A stretch of 63,839 nucleotides of DNA, the filler included. It is 5 parts of 5 records of this genome, joined end to end, with 100 filler letters (N's around TTAATTAATTAA, not from the genome) between each part and the next. Parts side by side here need not be neighbours in the genome. Positions count along the whole stretch, not along the records: positions 49,203 to 63,839 come from SRR2962707_3465; 4 more parts are not named here. The stretch is one strand, 5' to 3'. Below, one piece after another: positions 57,312 through 63,839 of the stretch. Below the pieces are notes generated by a model. It saw only the letters and a program-made list of their open reading frames with translations. It was not told the DNA's origin and searched no databases. Numbering within the stretch: position 1 is the stretch's first letter; each line of letters opens with the position of its first letter. Both the position numbers and the translations under genes were made by a program.

Positions 57312-59081
57312 TTGGAAAAAGAAAAAGCAAGCGGAAATATTGTTGACCTCACGATTCTGAAGAGGCTCTTTGCCTTTGCAAAACCCTACATTGGAGTGTT
57401 CTACTTTCTGGTATTTCTGACCATCGCGTTGAGTATCGCAGGGCCGCTTAGACCGATGCTGATTCAAAAGGCGATTGATAACAATGTGGCGCAAGGAGAC
57501 TACCCCGGGTTGGTCAATATGATTTTGCTTTTGATTGGTTTGCTGGTTATTCAGTCGATCATCCAGTATCTGCACACCTTTTATTCCGGTTGGTTGGGAC
57601 AGAATATCATTAAGGACATTCGCATTAAGCTCTATCGTCACATCCAGAGCCTCAAGCTCACCTTTTTTGACAAAACGCCAATTGGAAGGTTGGTGACCAG
57701 AAACATTTCAGATATAGAAACACTGGCAGAGGTTTTCAGCACCGGTATCGCAGGGATCATTGCAGATGTGATGCAACTCCTGGTGATCCTCGGGTTTATG
57801 TTCTGGATGGACTGGTCGCTGACATTAGTAAGCTTATCACTCCTTCCGATTTTACTTTTTGCTACTTATGTTTTCAAGGAAAAAGTGAAGGTAGCTTTTA
57901 ATGAAGTACGGGCTGCAGTGTCCAACCTCAACTCGTTTGTGCAGGAACACATTACCGGGATGAACATCGTGCAGATCTTCAATAGTGAAAAGCGTGAGTT
58001 TGAGAAATTCAAAGAGATTAATCAGGAGCATCGAAAAGCAAACATTCGCTCTGTACTTTATTATGCGACCTACTTTCCCGTTGCGGAAGTCATCCAGGCG
58101 GCTGGTATTGGATTGATCGTTTGGTATGGAGGAGGACAGATGATCCAGGGAAATGTGGAGTTCGGAATGCTGATTGCCTTCATTCTGTATCTGCAGATGT
58201 TTTTCCGCCCGATCCGGATGATCGCTGATCGATTCAATACGCTGCAAATGGGGATCGTTTCTTCCAATCGAATTTTGGATCTGCTTGATAACAAAGATCA
58301 CATTCAGGATAATGGCACCTATACACCGGAGTATGTGAAAGGAGATGTGAAGTTTGAGAATGTATGGTTTGCCTATGTGGAGGATGATTATGTGCTAAAA
58401 GACATCTCTTTCGAAGTGAACACCGGGGAGACAATCGCACTGGTAGGCGCAACAGGAGCCGGAAAGTCTTCTGTAATTAACCTACTGAGTCGATTCTATG
58501 AAATCAACAAGGGAAATATTTATGTAGACGGAACCGATGTAAGAGAATACAATTTAGCGAACCTAAGAAGCCACATTGCAGTGGTACTGCAGGATGTGTT
58601 CTTATTCTCAGATTCCATTTACAACAACATCACCTTGCGAAATCCGGATATCTCCCGGGAAAAGGTACGTGAAGCCGCAGAGCTTGTCGGAGCACTTCCA
58701 TTCATAGAGAAGTTGCCGGGCGGATTTGACTACAATGTGCAGGAGCGTGGAGCCACGCTCTCTGTCGGTCAGCGTCAGCTGATTTCGTTCGTCAGAGCAA
58801 TGGTCTACGATCCAAAGATCATTGTCCTGGATGAAGCGACCTCATCTGTGGATACCGAGACAGAGGAATTGATCCAGTCAGCCATTCAAAAGATGATGTA
58901 TGGAAGAACGTCGATCGTTATTGCACATAGGTTGTCCACTATTCAGAATGCCAATCAGATTTTGGTGTTAGACAAAGGAAAAATCGTGGAGCGGGGTAAC
59001 CATGAGGAGCTGTTGCGAAAAGATGGCCACTACGCTCACCTTCATCAGATGCAATACAAAGAGGTAGCAAAAGCTGTCTGA
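57312..59081 (+). CDS. ABC exporter half-transporter (TMD+NBD), MdlB/YheH-like
   Basis: TM domain, GATGAGKS, LSVGQRQ, LDEATSSVD, IAHRLS. Confidence 0.93.
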   Translation: MEKEKASGNIVDLTILKRLFAFAKPYIGVFYFLVFLTIALSIAGPLRPMLIQKAIDNNVAQGDYPGLVNMILLLIGLLVIQSIIQYLHTFYSGWLGQNIIKDIRIKLYRHIQSLKLTFFDKTPIGRLVTRNISDIETLAEVFSTGIAGIIADVMQLLVILGFMFWMDWSLTLVSLSLLPILLFATYVFKEKVKVAFNEVRAAVSNLNSFVQEHITGMNIVQIFNSEKREFEKFKEINQEHRKANIRSVLYYATYFPVAEVIQAAGIGLIVWYGGGQMIQGNVEFGMLIAFILYLQMFFRPIRMIADRFNTLQMGIVSSNRILDLLDNKDHIQDNGTYTPEYVKGDVKFENVWFAYVEDDYVLKDISFEVNTGETIALVGATGAGKSSVINLLSRFYEINKGNIYVDGTDVREYNLANLRSHIAVVLQDVFLFSDSIYNNITLRNPDISREKVREAAELVGALPFIEKLPGGFDYNVQERGATLSVGQRQLISFVRAMVYDPKIIVLDEATSSVDTETEELIQSAIQKMMYGRTSIVIAHRLSTIQNANQILVLDKGKIVERGNHEELLRKDGHYAHLHQMQYKEVAKAV

Positions 59082-59089
59082 TTCACACG

Positions 59090-59097
59090 TATATTTG
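59090..59097 (+). promoter_or_regulatory. Bacteroidota -7 promoter element
   Basis: TATATTTG 5 nt upstream of the ATG at 59103. Confidence 0.55.
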
Positions 59098-59102
59098 ATG
59101 CC

Positions 59103-59642
59103 ATGAAGCGAGCTAAGCTTATTTATTCAGCCATTATAGTGGTGTGTCTGATTATCATTATGTGGAGCACTTACTACACCCTTGGTGGATTTGATCCGGT
59201 GGAAGTGTTCGTCATGGAGGGCAAAGAGCGGACAGTGATCGGGAAGGAATACATCGAGAAGTATGATTACGATGCATTTGGAAAAAAAATGAAGGAAACC
59301 CGGAAAGCCATCGATTCAGGAAAATTGAAAGGCATGCTGACGGTGGTGTTTTTTGAAAACGATACGATTGGTCCGGATTCAATTCACTATTTTCTTGGCG
59401 CTTCTAAAGATGAAGTGAAAAATGTGGTCATGCTTCCGGCTGGCTATGATTACAAGGAGTTCAAAACGGATAAGATTTTGAAGGTTTTCATGACACAACA
59501 CCCACTGGTAAGACCCAACCCTGAAGAAATCAATGAACTCATGGAGATCAAAGCCATCGAGGAGGGAGTAGTGCTTCAGCCTGTTTGGTTTGAACTTTAT
59601 TATCAGGATGAAAGCCTGAGTGTGGAGTATTGGGCTAAATAG
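59103..59642 (+). CDS. Membrane-anchored protein, possible GyrI-like small-molecule-binding domain
   Basis: Single N-terminal TM helix followed by an alternating beta/alpha pattern ending WFELYYQD; fold call is by eye. Confidence 0.6.
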   Translation: MKRAKLIYSAIIVVCLIIIMWSTYYTLGGFDPVEVFVMEGKERTVIGKEYIEKYDYDAFGKKMKETRKAIDSGKLKGMLTVVFFENDTIGPDSIHYFLGASKDEVKNVVMLPAGYDYKEFKTDKILKVFMTQHPLVRPNPEEINELMEIKAIEEGVVLQPVWFELYYQDESLSVEYWAK

Positions 59643-61427
59643 TTAGGCCACTTCTTCTCCTGCCAGTTGCTTGTCGTGCAGCTCTTTGTACGCTCCACCT
59701 TTTGAAAGCAATTCATCATGGGTGCCCTGTTCTACTACTTGCCCATCATCCAGCATCACTACTTTATCTGCCAGTTTAGCTGAAGAAACCCGGTGGGATA
59801 TAATGATGGATGTTCTGCCTTGCATGATTCGCTGCATGGCATTGAGAATGGCGTTTTCTGTCTTGGTGTCTACGGCAGATAGGGCATCATCCAGAATCAA
59901 AATCTTCGGCTCTCTGGCAATCGCACGCGCAATGGAAACGCGCTGTTTTTGTCCACCGGAAAGCGTAATGCCCCGCTCACCTAATCGCGTTTCAAACCCA
60001 TTTTTGAATTCTTTGATATTGTTCAGGACATCAGCGTCTGCGGCTGCCTGCTCAACCTCTTCTCTGCTCATTTTTCGGTTACCAAAAGAGATATTGTTCT
60101 CGATGGTATCAGAAAACAAGAACACATCCTGCGGTACATATCCGATCTGGCTTCTAAGGGAGGATAGATTGTAATCTTTGACTCCCACTTTATCGATCTC
60201 TATTTTTCCGCTATCAATGTCATACAATCGGCAAATTATATTGGCAATGGTGCTCTTACCAGAGCCGGTGGTCCCAACAATAGCTATGGATTCACCCGGC
60301 TTTACTTCAAACGAAACATTTTTTAATGCATGAATTCCCGAATCGGGATAAATAAAATTCACATCATCAAAAACGATATGACCTTCAATTTCCCTCTCAA
60401 TATCTTTTTCTGAAATAATATCTGTTTTGGTATTGAGGAACTCATTGATCCTGCGTTGTGAAGCGGCCGCACGCTGAATGATTGAAGTGATCCAACCCAA
60501 AGCAGTTACTGGCCAGGTGAGCATATTCACATAGATGATGAACTCCGCAATGTTACCCGTACTTACTTCACCATTAAAAACCTGAATCGATCCCACCCAT
60601 ACGGTGAGAATGATACTCAGACCAATTAGCCCCATGATGAGTGGCATAAACAAGGCCTGTACAAAAGATAGCTTGAGCGATTTGTCCCGATAGTCTACAC
60701 TTTCAGTTTCAAAATTTTTGGCTACTTCTTCCTCACGCACGAACGCCTTGATCACACGGATACCAGAGAAAGCTTCCTGCACATAAGTGGAAAGCCCTGA
60801 TAAACTTTCCTGAATTTCTGTCGAGCGTTTGTTAATGATGTTGCTTACAAAGTAGATGCTAACCGAGAGCACAGGGAGTGGAAGTAGTGAGTACAGAGTT
60901 AGCGTAGGATTGATCGAGATCATGTAAGGAATCACCATCAGGAACAAGGTGAATAAATTGATCCCATACATAATGGCCGGGCCTATGTACATACGCACTT
61001 TGCTCACGTCTTCAGAAATCCGCGCCATCAGATCCCCGGTATTATTTTTTCTGTAAAAACTTAAAGGGAGGGTTTGGTAGTGTTCAAAAATCTCATTTTT
61101 CAGATCATACTCCACATGTCGCGACATCACAATGATGGTCTGGCGCATAAAGAATAGGAAGACTCCTCTGAGAAGTGCTGAGACCAGGATCAAGACGGCC
61201 AGAATGACGATGCTAGACCCGATAATTTCTACTGTATTATTTTGAAGATCAAACCCCTCAAATGAGGAAAAAATAGCATAGCTCCTACCCAAAATATCGA
61301 AAGCGTACCGAACAATTACCGCAGGAACAATTGCAAAGAAATTTGCTATAATGATAAATAAGGCACCAAAAATTAGGTGAAACTTATATTTGAGTAGGTA
61401 TTTATTTAAGTAGCCTAGGTCTTTCAC
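59643..61427 (-). CDS. ABC exporter half-transporter (TMD+NBD), MdlA/YheI-like
   Basis: TGDLMARISED, GTTGSGKS, LSGGQKQR, LDDALSAVD, ISHRVS; GTG start. Confidence 0.93.
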   Translation of the reverse strand: MKDLGYLNKYLLKYKFHLIFGALFIIIANFFAIVPAVIVRYAFDILGRSYAIFSSFEGFDLQNNTVEIIGSSIVILAVLILVSALLRGVFLFFMRQTIIVMSRHVEYDLKNEIFEHYQTLPLSFYRKNNTGDLMARISEDVSKVRMYIGPAIMYGINLFTLFLMVIPYMISINPTLTLYSLLPLPVLSVSIYFVSNIINKRSTEIQESLSGLSTYVQEAFSGIRVIKAFVREEEVAKNFETESVDYRDKSLKLSFVQALFMPLIMGLIGLSIILTVWVGSIQVFNGEVSTGNIAEFIIYVNMLTWPVTALGWITSIIQRAAASQRRINEFLNTKTDIISEKDIEREIEGHIVFDDVNFIYPDSGIHALKNVSFEVKPGESIAIVGTTGSGKSTIANIICRLYDIDSGKIEIDKVGVKDYNLSSLRSQIGYVPQDVFLFSDTIENNISFGNRKMSREEVEQAAADADVLNNIKEFKNGFETRLGERGITLSGGQKQRVSIARAIAREPKILILDDALSAVDTKTENAILNAMQRIMQGRTSIIISHRVSSAKLADKVVMLDDGQVVEQGTHDELLSKGGAYKELHDKQLAGEEVA

Positions 61428-61476
61428 AAAATTTTATAAAGGCCTGACAGCCAATATGTTTTAGTTAAAAATGAGA

Positions 61477-61484
61477 TATTTTTG
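61477..61484 (+). promoter_or_regulatory. Bacteroidota -7 promoter element
   Basis: TATTTTTG followed by CA, ~70 nt upstream of the dehydrogenase start. Confidence 0.6.
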
Positions 61485-61553
61485 CAGCCCTTTTCTCTAT
61501 GTGCAACTGCACCCGAGAAAGAAGGTTCAAAATTAGATTAAAGTTCATTTACA

Positions 61554-62654
61554 ATGATAGACACACAACCCGAAGTAAAGTCGAACAGTGTATTCGACCA
61601 GATGGCCAACCTACAGCATGAGCAGGTGGTATTCTGCAGAGATGAAGCAACCGGCCTTAAAGCAATCATTGCCATTCATAACACCGTCCTTGGCCCCTCA
61701 ATGGGCGGTACCCGCATGTGGAACTACGCTACTGATGAAGAAGCATTGAATGACGTCTTGAGACTTTCAAGAGGAATGACGTTTAAGTCAGCCCTTGCTG
61801 GTTTAAATATTGGTGGAGGCAAAGCCGTAATTATCGGGGATGCTCGTAAGATGAAGAATGAGCCACTGATGAGGCGTTTTGGAAAATTTGTAAACAGCCT
61901 GAACGGAAAATACTACACTGCTGAGGACATGAACATCACCATGCGTGACATTGAGTACATGAGCATGGAAACACCTTATGTGGTAGGCAAGCCGGAATAC
62001 ATGGGAGGATCTGGTGATCCGAGCCCGATGACTGCATACGGTGTGTATATGGGGATGAAAGCGGGTGCTAAAAAAGCATACGGACTTGATTCATTAGGCG
62101 GGAAAAATATTCTTGTACAAGGAGCCGGTCAGGTAGGTAAATATTTGGTGGATCACCTGATCGAAGAAAATGCAAATGTCTTCATTGCTGATATTTTTGA
62201 GGATAAAATCAAGGCAATTACTGATAAGCATGACAAAGTATCTGTGGTTGATCCGAATAAAGTGTTCCAGATGGAGATGGACATTTATGCACCATGTGCC
62301 ATGGGAGCAACCTTAAATGATGAAACTATCCCGGAAATGAAGTGTGCTGTTGTAGCAGGTGCGGCTAACAATCAGCTGGCCAATGAGCAAAAACACAGTG
62401 CAATGCTGAGTGATCATGGCATTATTTACTGCCCAGACTTCCTGATCAACTCAGGAGGTATTGCCAATGTGTATCACGAGTACCTTGGTAATTACAACAA
62501 GGATAGAGTCATCGCATCTACAGAACACATTTATGATGTATGCCTGGATGTATTGAATCACTCTGAAGACAATAAGATCGGATCCCATGAAGCTGCACTG
62601 GAGTTGGCATTGAAGCGAATAGAGCAAGTGGGGAAAGTAAAACTTGGAGAATAA
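61554..62654 (+). CDS. Glu/Leu/Phe/Val dehydrogenase (leucine dehydrogenase-like)
   Basis: HEQVVFC, GPSMGGTR, LSRGMTFK, GGGKAVI, GDPSPMTAYG, VQGAGQVG, GAANNQL. Confidence 0.93.
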   Translation: MIDTQPEVKSNSVFDQMANLQHEQVVFCRDEATGLKAIIAIHNTVLGPSMGGTRMWNYATDEEALNDVLRLSRGMTFKSALAGLNIGGGKAVIIGDARKMKNEPLMRRFGKFVNSLNGKYYTAEDMNITMRDIEYMSMETPYVVGKPEYMGGSGDPSPMTAYGVYMGMKAGAKKAYGLDSLGGKNILVQGAGQVGKYLVDHLIEENANVFIADIFEDKIKAITDKHDKVSVVDPNKVFQMEMDIYAPCAMGATLNDETIPEMKCAVVAGAANNQLANEQKHSAMLSDHGIIYCPDFLINSGGIANVYHEYLGNYNKDRVIASTEHIYDVCLDVLNHSEDNKIGSHEAALELALKRIEQVGKVKLGE

Positions 62655-62741
62655 GGAATTATCCCACATCTTCAGTATCCGAAAGTGGATGACTGAAAAA
62701 TTTGAAATAAGGAGAAGTAGAAGGCGACAGGCCGAATAAAC

Positions 62742-63839
62742 ATGCTAAACAGACGAATACTTAGAGTAAAAGCCATGCAGGCATTATATGGATATTTCAC
62801 TGCGGTGGAGTCCATAAAAGAGGTGAAAAGAAATGAGCTGGAGGAAATGCATGCACTGGACCCTGCCAAGCATGATTTTGCGGATAAGGCGCTTTTTGAG
62901 GCTCGGAAAAAACAGGCCGTCCGGCTTTTCAATAGAAATTTGTTAGCTGGTAAAGTGGAGAATGCGAAAGACGCTGAGGAGGAGGTGGTTAAGAATGTGA
63001 ATGATGCACTTTTGGAATTTGAAAATCAAATCAATAAAGAAGCGCGCATTCGCAGGAACGATATGATGAAAGAGGCCGAACGGCTTCAGGATACGTATCT
63101 GAAATTGCTACTTTTTCCTATCGAAATTGAACAGCGCGAAAAACTGGATAGCGAGAAAGAGGATAAGGCCTACATCACCAAAGAGAAAAAGATATATCCG
63201 TTTATCGGGAATGACCTGATTCGACAGCTGAAAGAGTCAGACCTCCTGCAAAAGGAGGCAGCCAGAGCCGGTGTAAGCTGGAGCAATGAGCAGAATGATA
63301 TTAAAGCCTGGTATCGTGAGCAAATACGTACGGCTAAACCTTTGCAGCATTTCTTTGGAGGTTCTAAATCGGAAGATACTCCGGACAATGACATTGTGCT
63401 TGAGCTTTTTAAGCGGGTAGTATTTAAAAACGAAGCGATAGCATCCTACCTTGAAATCAACCACCTGCATTGGGTAGAAAATCAGCCCATTGTGAAAAGC
63501 ATGGTGGTGAAGACAATAAAATCTCTTCAGGACGGTGAAGGGTTTGAGTTGGCGGAGCTGACAAAAAATGGAGAGGAGGATTTTAAGTTTTTGGAACGCC
63601 TTTTTGATGATGTCATTAATCAAAATGAGTTTTTAGAGGAGATCATTCAAAGCAAAACGATGAACTGGGACGTAGATCGTATTGCGCTAACCGATCGTGT
63701 GATTCTAAAGCTCGCACTCGTTGAAATGATGAATTCGCCGAGTATTCCTGTGAAGGTCACAATTAATGAGGCGATCGAAATTTCAAAGATGTATAGCACT
63801 CCGAAGAGTAAACAATTTGTAAATGGCGTTTTGGATGTA
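62742..63839 (+). CDS. nusB: Transcription antitermination factor NusB, long Bacteroidota form (truncated at window end; absent from ORF track)
   Basis: Translated by eye: MLNRRILRVKAMQALY at the start and NWDVDRIALTDRVILKLAL...IPVKVTINEAIEISKMYSTPKSKQFVNGVLD at the end. Confidence 0.93.
   Translation, partial: MLNRRILRVKAMQALYGYFTAVESIKEVKRNELEEMHALDPAKHDFADKALFEARKKQAVRLFNRNLLAGKVENAKDAEEEVVKNVNDALLEFENQINKEARIRRNDMMKEAERLQDTYLKLLLFPIEIEQREKLDSEKEDKAYITKEKKIYPFIGNDLIRQLKESDLLQKEAARAGVSWSNEQNDIKAWYREQIRTAKPLQHFFGGSKSEDTPDNDIVLELFKRVVFKNEAIASYLEINHLHWVENQPIVKSMVVKTIKSLQDGEGFELAELTKNGEEDFKFLERLFDDVINQNEFLEEIIQSKTMNWDVDRIALTDRVILKLALVEMMNSPSIPVKVTINEAIEISKMYSTPKSKQFVNGVLDV

Noticed and set aside
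62672-63623. Three minus-strand ORFs at the window end
   Set aside because: They are antisense to nusB, which the ORF track missed because it has no stop codon inside the window.

Overview
This window is not one locus. It is five contigs joined by artificial 100-bp linkers (44 N + TTAATTAATTAA + 44 N at 6105-6204, 17206-17305, 29504-29603 and 49103-49202). Contigs 1-3 (1-6104, 6205-17205, 17306-29503) are moderately GC-rich, intron-containing protist DNA, so the ORF track fragments their genes. Splicing by eye gives frame-consistent models for six genes: an E2-like (UEV)-OGFOD2-type 2OG-Fe(II) dioxygenase fusion with a GC-AG intron, a small secreted Pro-rich orphan, PIG-P, an 11-exon ~2550-aa EF-hand/MABP/C2 protein, an atypical 3-exon protein kinase, and a 7-exon ~3610-aa HSA-SNF2-SANT (SWR1/PIE1/p400-like) protein with degenerate ATPase motifs. 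TBCB is single-exon. Contig 4 (29604-49102) is AT-rich Flavobacteriaceae-like core genome: hutG, gluconokinase, EamA, parE-parC, MgtC, lipoprotein, XRE regulator, M14 peptidase, Lrp, ppc, YihY, LOG and uvrA. Contig 5 (49203-63839) is a different, Cytophagales-like Bacteroidota genome: M14 peptidase, ankyrin-like protein, htpG, DoxX-like protein, ECF sigma factor, DUF4293-like protein, truA, two half ABC exporters, GyrI-like protein, Leu dehydrogenase and a truncated nusB missed by the ORF track. The most notable non-coding signals are two. The first is a six-copy TTAC-N4-GTAA operator array overlapping both divergent promoters between the XRE regulator and the M14 peptidase. The second is a back-to-back pair of TGTAWC-N17-ATCTAA promoter-like motifs between the ECF sigma factor and the DoxX-like gene. 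No rRNA, tRNA, CRISPR array or intact transposon was seen. All family calls come from motif recognition, not database searches.
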